Positions 51,218 to 64,000 of a DNA stretch of 64,000 bases are shown here, piece by piece. The notes beneath the pieces were generated by a model. The model saw nothing but the letters and a program-made list of their open reading frames with translations. It did not search any database and was not told the DNA's origin. Made by a program: the position numbers and the translations under genes. Each line of letters opens with the position of its first letter. The first letter of the stretch is position 1. This DNA comes from Eledone cirrhosa (lineage: Eukaryota), in NCBI GenBank assembly GCA_964016885.1, contig OZ024743.1:372682001-372746000 (forward strand), written 5' to 3'.

Positions 51218-51453
51218 TTAAGTTACTATCTTAGTAATGAAATAATTGATAATTATAGTAAATCCATCAAAATTCTTTGTTAACTAATTGAAATAGAGTG
51301 TATTTCATTAGAAATTCGGTCATGAAAGAGTTAACAGAGAAAATGACCATCAATTGCTGTTGTTGTATTTTGATATAATCAAAAAATGTGTGCTGTTTCT
51401 TGAAGTAGTTTCTGTTTGTTTATTTGTTACCTGGTTATCTTTCTCTTGTACAG

Positions 51454-51732
51454 GTGGTTATTCGTAAGTTAATTAGTCGTTACATCATGAATAAACAACG
51501 ACCACAGAAGGATGAGATTGTCTCTCAGGATGACGTTAACGAACTTAAACAAGATATCTCAACATTCCGTTTTGAACTGATGCAAGTGTTGAACACTAAC
51601 GGCTTTGAAACCCCTGTTATACATCAAGCGAAAACCTCGAGTAAGAAAGACAGAATGTGGAAGAACCTTTCAGTGGCAACTGATACTAATCCAGAACAAC
51701 TTTTGGAAGAAGCTGGTTTGGTTGACGACTAG
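51454..51732 (+). CDS. TRPC: TRPC terminal coding exon w9 (rib helix and C-terminal coiled coil)
   Basis: gtacag|GTG. Translates VVIRKLISRYIMNKQR..VSQDDVNELKQDISTFRFELMQVL..AGLVDD*; ELKQDIS.FRFE is the TRPC coiled-coil motif. Confidence 0.9.
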   Translation: MVIRKLISRYIMNKQRPQKDEIVSQDDVNELKQDISTFRFELMQVLNTNGFETPVIHQAKTSSKKDRMWKNLSVATDTNPEQLLEEAGLVDD

Positions 51733-52129
51733 TTGCTTCGTTGACTGGAAACACTTTAAAACATTCCTTTTATTAATTAGTATATAACGTAATTAAGATA
51801 ATTACAGATAGTTATTTTTTTAAAGATAATAATAACACTGAAGCTGTGAGATGATATAACAGTCACGTTAGCCAAATGTGCAATTAGTAGAGTGTTTACT
51901 AAATTTTCGAGCAGGAAAAGGAATTTAAAAAAAACCTTCTTTGAGGAACACTATCATGAGTCTCATAGTAAGAGAAAATAACTCTTGTCTTAATTCCATC
52001 CATTCTGTGTTGCCTAGCAACAGATTAGAGATGTTCTTTTTGCAAGCAATGGCCAATGTTTATTTCTACCTAGTAGAGATATTACTCCTGCCATGCATTA
52101 GTAATACTTTTGGAAGAATTCATGAATAT

Positions 52130-52135
52130 AATAAA
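52130..52135 (+). terminator. Candidate polyadenylation signal of the TRPC gene
   Basis: AATAAA about 400 nt after the stop, with ATTAAA about 30 nt further. Weak evidence in AT-rich DNA. Confidence 0.25.
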
Positions 52136-52259
52136 TATCAATTCATTTGACCATTCTCTATTAAAATGCCTGGTTTCAGCCCTGGTCAAAAACTTCATCA
52201 GAGATGGGCTCCAACAGAATACATGATGTAGTCTTCTGTGATAAACTATTGACCAAATT

Positions 52260-52495
52260 TTCGGTGGGAAAGCTGTCTTTCAGTAAGGACCGATTAAATT
52301 ATTAGAGGGGCCACTGGATTTCAGGGATGGCTCATTAAATTATTAGTGGGACAGCTGTCTTTCAGTGGTAACCCATTAATTAAATCAATTGTAGGAAAGC
52401 TGTCTTTTAATGAGGACCCATTAATTATATGATAGATGGGACAGCTGTTTTTCCGAGATGTCCCATTAATTTAATTATTCATGGGGCAACTGTCT
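52260..52495. repeat. Degenerate ~42-48-bp tandem repeat downstream of the stop codon
   Basis: ggga.agctgtctttcagt..acccattaa units occur about five times. Confidence 0.7.
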
Positions 52496-53299
52496 TAAAA
52501 ACTTTGGAGCAAGAATATGTATTCCTATGGAAAACATTCCAAGTTATTTTTTTAGAAATATTATTTTGATTATCAGTACAGAACGTTTTCTAAGTTGTCT
52601 TTCACAATATTCCAATGTGCAGTCTTCTCTCAAAACCTTCAGTATTTTCTTGAATCCAAACTTTTAGAAGTTGAAATAGAATTGTCAAGGATGATATTTT
52701 CGAGTTGAAGGGTAAGCAGAGAACATGTCTAAAACTGACAGAAACACCCAAAACTACCACTGCCCTTGTATATCAATCTCAACATTTCCCTAAACTTTCT
52801 GGTGTTTATTCTTGGTTTTATGACATGGCTGGGGACATTGTTAAAAATGACCTCTCTATGATATAGTCATTTTTTTTTTACATAAATAGCTTAGAGTACA
52901 TCATAACAAATAACATCATCATCACCATCATCATTGTCATCATCATCATCATCATCATCAGTGTTGTCATCACTTTCATCATGGTGCTACAAACATTCTT
53001 ATTATATCAGTATGTGTACAGCATCATTACTTTCATCATCACCACCACTGCCAACAACAACAACCAATGACACCATCATCATTGTAGAATGTAAACTAAG
53101 TTTGGGTGGGCAGAGGGATTTTCTTTTACCACTCCCCGCTCTTGCTCCCATATCTGATGTTTACTAATAACACTCCCACCTCCCTTAACATAACAGGAGG
53201 AAGAAGGTTGAAGATAAACCTGTCATCTACTTGGTAGACTGTAAACATTTCACTAATTGTACATGACTAACTGAGAAGAACTTTAGTATAATAGTTAAG

Positions 53300-53331
<32 letters not shown>

Positions 53332-53403
53332 TAATAATAATAATAATAATTGTTTCTACTTTTGGCACAAGGCCATCAATTACCCAGTACATTACTGGTA
53401 CTT

Positions 53404-53465
<62 letters not shown>

Positions 53466-53469
53466 ACAA

Positions 53470-53590
53470 CAATGTTTTCTTTATTAACGACAAGTGTTTA
53501 CACAAAGCATAACACTAAGGACAGCACAGGACAGTCAAACGGCCGTTTCTGTGTGTAAATCAAAACATAAAACAAAAACAAAAATAATCT
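53470..53590 (-). mobile_element. Extreme 3' fragment of the same Tx1/L1 family
   Basis: ttctttattaac.acaag..acataac..taaggacagcacag matches 17062-17115. Abuts a long (AAT)n. Confidence 0.7.
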
Positions 53591-54093
53591 GGGAATGATA
53601 AAAAAACACAGACAGATACATAATCAAAACCCCAGAACTTGTAAATATATACAACATACAGAAAATAGCACTACTAGGCACTGCATACATATTACAAAGA
53701 GTACTCTCAATACAATAGAAACAACAGTATCAAAAACAACACTGCATATACCCAAGGTGCACAGAGCTATGCTCGATAATACAGTGATGATATGCAATAA
53801 AAATAAGAGTAATTATAATGATAATAATATTTTTATATTCCTTGTTTATATTTCCCTGTCTCAGAATAGATTCTAATGTTTATTGATTATCTTTGGTCCT
53901 TCAATGTGACATTCAACAACGATTTCAACATCAGTTTAGTTATATTCTTAGATAACAATTGCTTCTATAGAACGATTAATCTCAACACTCTTACTTCTGT
54001 ACTAGTCAAACACATCATAGACACCCCTACCACCACTAAAGTGTATGCACTACACATACATACACTGATAGATACACATATACACACACACAT

Positions 54094-54155
<62 letters not shown>

Positions 54156-54299
54156 AAAAAAAACACAAAGACATTCTTTTCAAAAATGAGATTACATCAT
54201 GTAAAGAATTGGAAATCTTTCAAGAAGCCAACGACAAAATATTGTTATGACAACAACTCACCTGGAGGTATGAATTAATTGTCTATTTAACTTATAAAA

Positions 54300-54915
54300 C
54301 TCCACACTTAGCCACTCCCACATGTCATTTTGTCTTAACTTAGCCACACACCCACACTTCTCAAGTCATTTAGACACACACACACGTCATTTTGTCTTAA
54401 CTTAACCACACCTACACATTTCCCAAGTCATTTAGACACACACACACGTCATTTTGTCTTAACTTAACCACACCTACACATTTCCCAAGTCATTTAGACA
54501 CACACATGTCATTTTGTCTTAACTTAACCACACCTACACATTTCCCAAGTCATTTAGACACACACATTTCATTTTTGTCTTGAGTTAGCCACACCCACAC
54601 ATTTCCCAAGTCATTTAGACACACACATTTCATTTTTGTCTTGAGTTAGCCACACCCACACATTTCCCAAGTCATTTAGACACACACATGTCATTTTTGT
54701 CTTGAGTTAGCCACACCCACACATTTCCCAAGTCATTTAGACACACACATCTCATTTTTGTCTTGAGTTAGCCACACCCACACATTTCCCAAGTCATTTA
54801 GACACACACATGTCATTTTTGTCTTGAGTTAGCCACACCCACACATTTTCCATGTAATTTAGATACACCAAGATAGTTGTAGCTAACATTAGCCACATCC
54901 ACACATTTCCCAAGG
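54300..54915. repeat. ~60-bp minisatellite, ~10 copies
   Basis: gtcattttgtctt..ttagccacacccacacatttcccaagtcatttagacacacaca. Confidence 0.93.
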
Positions 54916-57900
54916 CACTCCTGACTTCTGTCAATCATATTCATACATATCCCAATAATTGAACAGTTTGTAAGATTCATTGAGTCCCAATAGTGACACA
55001 TGATTTGCAAATATTCTCAACTCTGAATGTTTTATTTTTATTAATTAATAAATATGATTTATTAGGAATAATTACTACATTTACCCAAAGATATATTTAA
55101 AAACCTATAATTTCAATATCAATATTTCCCCATAATTAGATAAAACTCCATGTTTGGTGTTAATCTTATGTCACCTTTAATAAATACAACAACAATTTCT
55201 ACTTCATTGATCTGTAAAGGAAAACTATTGAATATGTTAGGTTTTTATCAAGTCAGTCAAGTACATAGGACAGATTTGTGATGGCTCTTATCTTAATAAT
55301 TACAGTGTTGGGCTTATAATCATTAAGTCATGGGTTTGATTTCTGGACCAGGCATTGTGTTCTTAAACAAAACACTTCATTTCACATTGTCTAATCCACC
55401 CAGTCAGCTTAATCCTGTGACAGACTGCCATACCATCTAGGAAGGAGTCTTGTACTTTCAACCAACGAAACCAGAATAAACTTTGGCCTGACAAACTTCT
55501 TGACTAACGAGAGACTGTAATTTTTCTAATTTGGTCATCTTGAGCCTCAATATAGTCACTTAGCTTACCAAAATTTTAGTCAATTCTTCTTCAAATTTTA
55601 ATCCAGCAATCTCAAAATTCATCTCCTTTTAGTCAATTTAATTTAATAGACTTCTATAAATATCAAAATATTTTAGCTCAATAGCTAGCGCATACAGCTG
55701 GAATTTGAAAGGTACTGAGTTTGATTATTTGTAGCTGAACCTTTATTTCCCTCTATAGGGGTACTTTAACCAATTTTCTCAGCTATTCATCATCATCATC
55801 ATCATCATCATCAGGTTTAGCGTCCGTGTTCCACGCTTGCATGGGTTTGGACGGGGGTTTTCCCACTTGAGGCAAGAGTGGTTGTCTTGCTCGCATAGGA
55901 CTGTCTGGCGGGTTTTCTACAGTTGGATGCCCTTCCTAACACCAACCACATTTACAGTGTGGGGCTGGGAGGTTTTTACCGTGTTGCCTACACGGCCACA
56001 TTACAGCGTGGACTGTCTGGCAGGTTTTCTACAGCTGGATGCCCTTCCTAACACCAACCACATTTACAGTGTGGGGCTGGGAGGTTTTTACCGTGTTGCC
56101 TACACGGCCACATTACAGCGTGGACTGTCTGTCTATTGTTTATAGCAATTGACTGTGACTACAGTTATTTTCTGCATTTGGGATTCTAACATCTTCTGAG
56201 AATTTCAAATCTAACCAAACGCTTCCATACTTCATATTTACAAAATTATAAACTTTATTTCTATTGACTGTCTATTTGTTTTGGGGAGATATTTTGCAAG
56301 AGAGAGGACTTGCTTCAGAGTTAAATTTAAAAAAAAATATAATTAAGGATAGCTACATTATTTTCCACTTAATATTTATACAAAGATGATTGATTGGCAA
56401 AATTGGCAGAGTGTCAGATAAAATACCATTGTGGCATTTGTTCTGACGCTTTACAATCAGAGTTCAAATATCACCAAGGTCAACTTTGCCTTTCATACTT
56501 CTAAAGTCAATAAAATATACTACCAGTCAAGTATAAGGGTTGATTCAATAAACCTTGTCTTTCCCAAAAATTTACTGACCTTGTAACTAAATTAAAAATC
56601 AATATTAACACAAATTCGAATTTATTTCATTTCAGCTGTAATATTCTTCTAATATTACATCATTTATTAATACATTAGTTTGTATCCCACACTGGATTCT
56701 TTATTTAGGATTTGTGGAATATATAAAACCTATGATAAGAATTTTATCAAATATATTTAATAAATATAAAAAAATATATATTTTCCAGACAACGAAGTGT
56801 GCATGAAATAACAGCAATAAGTTTTTTTTCTGGCTGCAAATATTGTTTGAATTTATGCTTTTTTTTTAACTTTATTTTCTAATTTTAAATAAATATAAAT
56901 AATAATTAAATTTTGGTTTTTTCACAATTGTATAAATAATATTAGAAATTGTTTATAATTCTTACAGAATGAAAATATAAACACAAATATAAACATATAT
57001 AATAAATAGAAATCTTGACACTGGGATGGAATTGGTTACAGAATTAATGTCTGGGGTGGGGGTGGAGTGCAAATAACTAGTTTCAAATATAAATGTATTT
57101 TATATCTTACTACTACTAATACTAATACTGTTTCTGCTGCTACTGCTCTTCTACTACTACTACTGCTACTACTACTACTGTTGCTGCTGCTACTACTACT
57201 ACTACTGCTACTACTACTACTGTTGCTGCTGCTACTACTACTACTACTACTACTACTATATTATACTACTAACATTGCTTATTTTGCTGATTGAGCTGGA
57301 ATCCCTCACCATCCTCTGGGGAAATGCCTTCTCTATTCTGTCCAACATCACCATGGGGCATCCAGCCTGTGGGCCCCCATTTGCTTATAATAGTGATAGA
57401 TGAGGAGAGTGGGAAAGACAGAGGTAGTGACAGTGGGAGTTTGGTTCCATTGTGTTCGGACTTGGTGTACATGTGTATATTTATTTACCACACCACATTA
57501 ATACTTTCACAAACTATCTAATAAGCAGTAGACTTAATCTGTCACACAAGTTTAACACCAGAACATTACCCTCGGGTACCTTTGGTGGAAGGGTATCCAT
57601 AAAATTCTGTCCCAAAGTGTCTCAGCCAACATGGGAAAATAGATGTAAAATAGATGATGATAATTAAATTCTATTTTGTTATTAGATGGATGAATAATGT
57701 TGTGATATTTAGATGAGAAGACATAAGTATTTGTTAAGTTGTATTCTAATCCCTAAATTTAACCCTTTAAAAACAATGTCTTCTGTTAGTTCTATGTTAA
57801 CCCTTTAGCATTTAAACTACTCATATCCATCCAGAATTCTCTCACTTCTTTCTGTTCAATCCGACCATAATTGGCTGCAAAATAAACCCGTTTTTAAATA

Positions 57901-58929
57901 TTTTCTGCTTAATCATTATAGGATGCAAATTTTCACTATGATCTGTCCACTGGTAAATACACTATAAATATTTGAATTAGCAAACCAATTTTTAGATATT
58001 TTGTGTTAAATCATTCTTAAGGTATTATTTTCAAAATAAATAACATCAAAATCTCATAGACTCGATATAATGTGAGATAATTATGTGAGATAAAGCCTTT
58101 ACCACAAAAATACAATAGTAAATATAAAGAAATGTAAATGCTAAAGGATTAAAGAAAACAAAACCATTTTTATGATATGTAAAATAAATAAAGGTTTTTA
58201 TTATTTAAAACTCTTCGAAAAAGAAAAAAAGTTATGAATCTCAATTAACAGTAAAAAAAATATTATATATTCTTAACTTTTTGATTACCATAATTGTAAT
58301 TAAAGACACAGCCTATAATTTTTGCCCATTAGTAAAAAAACTATAAACATTTGAATTAATAAACCCGTTTTTTAATATTTTCTGCTAAATTATTAAGGGA
58401 TGCAATTTTTCGCTATTATCTGTCCACTAGTAAATATTTGAATTAAGAAACCAATTTTTAGATATTTTCTGTTAAATCATTACAGGATGTTAAGAGTTAA
58501 AATATGGTCAGAAACAGTTCCTGGAATATTCGTTGATGTCAATATTTCATTTCATTCTCTGCATGTTTTGCATACTATTTGCATATCATTTGCATATTAT
58601 TAGCTAATTTTCTTTAAATTTTCTTTTTGCACTGCATGCAAAAACTGTATATTTTGTATGTGCACCTTTTATAAACATTTTATTCCAGGAAATTCGAAGA
58701 CTGCTCAGGTATTGTACTTATTAGGTTTAATAAATTTAATTAGCCATAGATATGCAATTAATATTTATAATTGGTATAATGAATGTATAATTATTATTTA
58801 TAAATTCAAAATTCATATTTATAATAAATTCATAATTGATATAATTATATAATTATTGTTTATAATTAGTATTTATAAGGTCTCTGATATAAAGGGTTTT
58901 TCTGGTGTGTATTTAAATATACATATATA

Positions 58930-59270
58930 GGTGAAGGTGCTTGGCTTAGTGGTTAGAGCATTGGGCTTGCAGTTGGGAAGTTGTGAGTTCAATTCTCAGA
59001 CCAGATGATGTGTTGTGTCCTTCAACAAGACACTTTATTTCATGTTCCTTCAGCAGTATACTCATCTGTAGAAATGAGATGTGATGTCACTGGTGCCAAG
59101 TTGTATCGGCCATTGTCTTTCCCTTGAACAACATCAGATGTGTGGAGAGGGGAGGCTGGTATGCATGGACGACTGCTGGTGTTCCACAAACAACTTTGAC
59201 TGGACTTGTGCCTTGGAGGGGAACTTTCTAGGTGCAAATCCCATCGTCATTTGTGACCGAAGGTGGTCTT
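58930..59270 (+). mobile_element. tRNA-headed SINE, family-A head with a different 3' part
   Basis: tggcttagtggttagagcattgg..gtgagttcaattctcagacc..caagacactttatttca. Confidence 0.75.
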
Positions 59271-60685
59271 TTATATATATATATATATATGTATGCATGT
59301 ATGTATGTATGTATGTATGTATCCCAGTACAACCTGTCCCATGGTCGGGTCGTTGGCGACTAAACTGGCAACCCCACCAAGGTTTCTTGGTGAGGAGGGT
59401 GACTTTGGACATCCTGCAGGACTAAAAACAAAACCTGTCAAAGGGCAAAGGAGCTCTTAAGAGTCAATGGCCATCCAAAATCACTGGGAGAGATGACCCC
59501 TTAGCCTTTGTCAAGGCAGAATTCTAGGAGAAGGAAAACTCTGATATAACACCTGCAACCCTGATGGTATCCAATGATGTTGACTTGTTCTTCTTTTTGG
59601 TAAATATCATCTTGGTTAAGAGAGTGGGACTGGCTTTGTGCAGTGCCTTTGCTCACTATAAAAGCTTCACGGCACAGACATTTCTTTATATCTGGAGATC
59701 TCTCTGCACTTGTCCTCACATGGTACCATGGACCCAGCACTATGTGTCGATAATTGTCACAAGTGTAGTGTTTGTACCAGAGATTTCAAGTCGCTGGCTG
59801 GACTAAAAAGTCACACTCGTTCAGCGCATCGGTAGGGGTTCTCCTACATGGATATAAAGTAGTGGCCATACTCGAAAACGAGTTGGCAGCCACCATGTAT
59901 GTATATAAAGACATGAAGTACAGATGTAAAGTATCATAACAAGTGTTTTTCAATTGGCAGTTATTAGTGTTAAATAACATAAATAATGTAGTTATATTTA
60001 TAATTAATTAATGTTAATATAATTGTTTTATTAACAGTCAAATATTCAATAATATAGTAGTTATATTTAAAATTAATTAGTCAAGGATACAGTTGTTATA
60101 TTTACAGCCAAATATCATTGATAATACAGTTATATATTGTTTGTAGTTTTTTAGCAGAAATTTTGGTTTGATGTATGTTGGATGTGTGATTAGTGTGAGG
60201 TTGATGTGATCAACATTAGGGGTGCAATTTCTCCAATGCATCAGTATCGAATGAATAAACTAATAAGGAAACAAAACTGCTATTACATATTTATTTGTTA
60301 CTATGGAATACAACGAATCCATGTGACGAACAATAAAGTATTTTGGAGGGCTGTAAATATATTTGGTATAGAGAAATTTATCAGTAAGATATGTTGTATA
60401 AAGTTTTTAGGGAAAGATTAAATACATGACTGTAGAGAGGTGAAGAAATTAGGGAAGATTACCTCAGTGTAGTGTCACACATGTTATTAGTGACCATCTA
60501 AAATGGCTGCTCTGCTATCACAGTCATGATCTGTCGTCAGTAATGATAATAATAAAAATTGTGTACAGTTCTCAGGTGCACTACAATTCATCAAAGGTGC
60601 ATGTATAGTACATAGAATAATGTACAAATGTCAGGAAAGTGAACAGTGTACGAGTCATTATATATACAAGAAAGATAAGAGCCAA

Positions 60686-63600
60686 GATGTTATATTTACA
60701 GTGAACAATATAGGTATTATGTTTACAGTAGACAATATAGTTATTATGTTTACAGTGAACAATATAGATGTTATGTTTACAGTGAACAATATAGGTATTA
60801 TGTTTACAGTGAACAATATAGATGTTATGTTTACAATGAACAATATAGGTATTATGTTTACAGTAAACAATATAGTTATTATGTTTACAGTGAACAATAT
60901 AGATGTTATGTTTACAGTGAACAATATAGGTATTATGTTTACAGTGAACAATATAGATGTTATATTTACAGTGAACAATATAGTTATGTTTACAGTAAAC
61001 AATATAGATGTTATGTTTACAATGAACAATATAGGTATTATGTTTACAGTAAACAATATAGTTATTATGTTTACAGTGAACAATATAGATGTTATGTTTA
61101 CAGTGAACAATATAGTTATTATGTTTACAGTGAACAATATAGTTATGTTTACAGTGAACAATATAGATGTTATGTTTACAGTAAACAATATATATGTTAT
61201 GTTTACAGTGAACAATATAGATGTTATGTTTACAGTAAACAATATATATGTTATGTTTACAGTGAACAATATAGGTATTATGTTTACAGTGAACAATATA
61301 GATGTTATGTTTACAGTAAACAATATATATGTTATGTTTACAGTGAACAATATAGGTGTTATGTTTACAGTGAACAATATAGTTATTATGTTTACAGTGA
61401 ACAATATAGATGTTATGTTTACAGTGAACAATATATATGTTATGTTTACAGTGAACAATATAGTTATTATGTTTACAGTGAACAATATAGATGTTATGTT
61501 TACAGTAAACAATATAGGTATTATGTTTACAGTGAACAATATAGATGTTATGTTTACAGTGAACAATATAGGTATTATGTTTACAGTGAACAATATATAT
61601 GTTATGTTTACAGTGAACAATATAGATGTTATATTTACAGTGAACAATATAGGTATTATGTTTACAGTGAACAATATAGTTATGTTTACAGTGAACAATA
61701 TAGATGTTATGTTTACAGTAAACAATATATATGTTATGTTTACAGTGTACAATATAGATGTTATGTTTACAGTAAACAATATAGATGTTATGTTTACAGT
61801 AAACAATATAGATGTTATGTTTACAGTAAACAATATAGATGTTATGTTTACAGTAAACAATATAGATGTTATGTTTACAGTAAACAATATAGGTATTATG
61901 TTTACAGTAAACAATATAGATGTTATGTTTACAGTAAACAATATAGGTATTATGTTTACAGTAAACAATATAGATGTTATGTTTACAGTAAACAATATAG
62001 ATGTTATGTTTACAGTAAACAATATAGATGTTATGTTTACAGTGAACAATATAGATGTTATATTTACAGTAAACAATATAGTTATGTTTACAGTAAACAA
62101 TATAGATGTTATGTTTACAGTAAACAATATAGATGTTATGTTTACAATGAACAATATAGATGTTATGTTTACAGTGAACAATATAGATGTTATGTTTACA
62201 GTAAACAATATAGATGTTATGTTTACAGTAAACAATATAGGTATTATGTTTACAGTAAACAATATAGATGTTATGTTTACAGTAAACAATATAGGTATTA
62301 TGTTTACAGTAAACAATATAGATGTTATGTTTACAGTAAACAATATAGATGTTATGTTTACAGTAAACAATATAGATGTTATGTTTACAGTAAACAATAT
62401 AGATGTTATGTTTACAATGAACAATATAGATGTTATGTTTACAGTGAACAATATAGATGTTATGTTTACAGTAAACAATATAGATGTTATGTTTACAGTA
62501 AACAATATAGGTATTATGTTTACAGTAAACAATATAGATGTTATGTTTACAGTAAACAATATAGGTATTATGTTTACAGTAAACAATATAGATGTTATGT
62601 TTACAGTAAACAATATAGATGTTATGTTTACAGTAAACAATATAGATGTTATGTTTACAGTAAACAATATAGATGTTATGTTTACAGTAAACAATATAGA
62701 TGTTATGTTTACAGTAAACAATATAGATGTTATGTTTACAATGAACAATATAGATGTTATGTTTACAGTGAACAATATAGATGTTATGTTTACAGTAAAC
62801 AATATAGATGTTATGTTTACAGTAAACAATATAGGTATTATGTTTACAGTAAACAATATAGATGTTATGTTTACAGTGAACAATATAGATGTTATGTTTA
62901 CAGTAAACAATATAGATGTTATGTTTACAGTAAACAATATAGATGTTATGTTTACAGTAAACAATATAGATGTTATGTTTACAGTGAACAATATATATGT
63001 TATATTTACAGTAAACAATATAGATGTTATATTTACAGTGAACAATATAGATGTTATGTTGACAGTAAACAATATATATGTTATGTTTACAGTGAACAAT
63101 ATAGATGTTATATTTACAGTAAACAATATAGATGTTATATTTACAGTAAACAATATAGTTGTTATGTTTGCAGTTAAATAATATAGTTGTTATATTTACA
63201 GTTAACAATATAGATGTTATGTTTACAATGAACAATATAGATGTTATGTTTACAGTGAACAATATAGATGTTATATTTACAGTAAACAATATAGATGTTA
63301 TGTTTACAGTGAACAATATAGATGTTATGTTTACAGTAAACAATATAGATGTTAAGTTTACTGTAAACAATATAGATGTTATGTTTACAGTGAACAATAT
63401 AGATGTTATATTTACAGTAAACAATATAGATGTTATGTTTACAGTAAACAATATATATGTTATGTTTACAGTGAACAATATAGATGTTATATTTACAGTA
63501 AACAATATAGATGTTATGTTTACAGTAAATAATATATATGTTATGTTTACAGTGAATAATATAGATGTTATGTTTACAGTGAACAATATAGATGTTATGT

Positions 63601-64000
63601 TTACAGTGAACAATATAGTTATATTTACAGTAAACAATATAGATGTTATATTTACAGTAAACAATATAGATGTTATATTTACAGTAAACAATATAGATGT
63701 TATGTTTACAGTAAACAATATATATGTTATATTTACAGTGAACAATATAGATGTTATATTAACAGTAAACAATATATATGTTATGTTTACAGTAAACAAT
63801 ATAGATGTTATATTTACAGTGAACAATATAGATGTTATATTTACAATAAACAATATATATGTTATATTTACAGTGAACAATATATATGTTATATTTACAG
63901 TGAACAATATATATGTTATATTTACAGTAAACAATATAGATGTTATGTTTACAGTAAACAATATAGATGTTATATTTACAGTGAACAATATATATGTTAT
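60686..64000. repeat. 27-bp minisatellite/satellite, >120 copies, runs off the window end
   Basis: Unit gatgttatgtttacagtaaacaatata with variants (gtga, ggtatt, 24-bp deletion). Confidence 0.98.

Larger units (their letters stand above)
50726..51330. mobile_element. piggyBac-like MITE (outer), TTAA-flanked
   Basis: ttaa|cccttttgttacc ... catgaaagag|ttaa. Same family as copies at ~22300-23360, 28060-28400 and 14740-14892. Confidence 0.65.

Noticed and set aside
60581-63988. Very long ORFs (1135, 853 and 831 aa)
   Set aside because: Translations of the 27-bp satellite; unit length is a multiple of 3 and happens to lack stops in those frames.

Overview
AT-rich, microsatellite- and SINE-laden eukaryotic DNA. 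The repeat landscape looks like a coleoid cephalopod (octopus-like), which is an inference. The window holds the 3' part of one intron-rich + strand gene for a canonical TRP (TRPC / TRP-gamma-like) cation channel: exons at 941-1456, 4874-5108, 6712-6846, 8738-8877, 11805-12154, one of three pore exons, 48331-48525, 49917-49958 and 51454-51732. These splice into one 695-codon frame running from the last ankyrin repeat to the stop. The main finding is that the exon encoding pore helix, selectivity filter and S6 gate is present as three intact 196-nt tandem paralogues (24200-24395, 25871-26066, 26125-26320). They look like a mutually exclusive exon cassette giving three different pores: double inclusion hits an immediate TGA, and a 58-nt intron separates copies B and C. 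Second, the introns hold many long palindromes embedded in (TA)n, several with recognisable minimal hammerhead ribozyme folds of Penelope/retrozyme type, some on the pre-mRNA strand. Also present: a nearly intact RTE LINE with one premature stop, its partner SINEs, a decayed Tx1/L1 LINE in (AAT)n, a deleted Helitron, nested piggyBac-like MITEs, and several minisatellites, including a >3.3 kb 27-bp palindromic array. Most ORF-track entries are repeat artefacts. All calls were made by eye; no database search or folding program was run.
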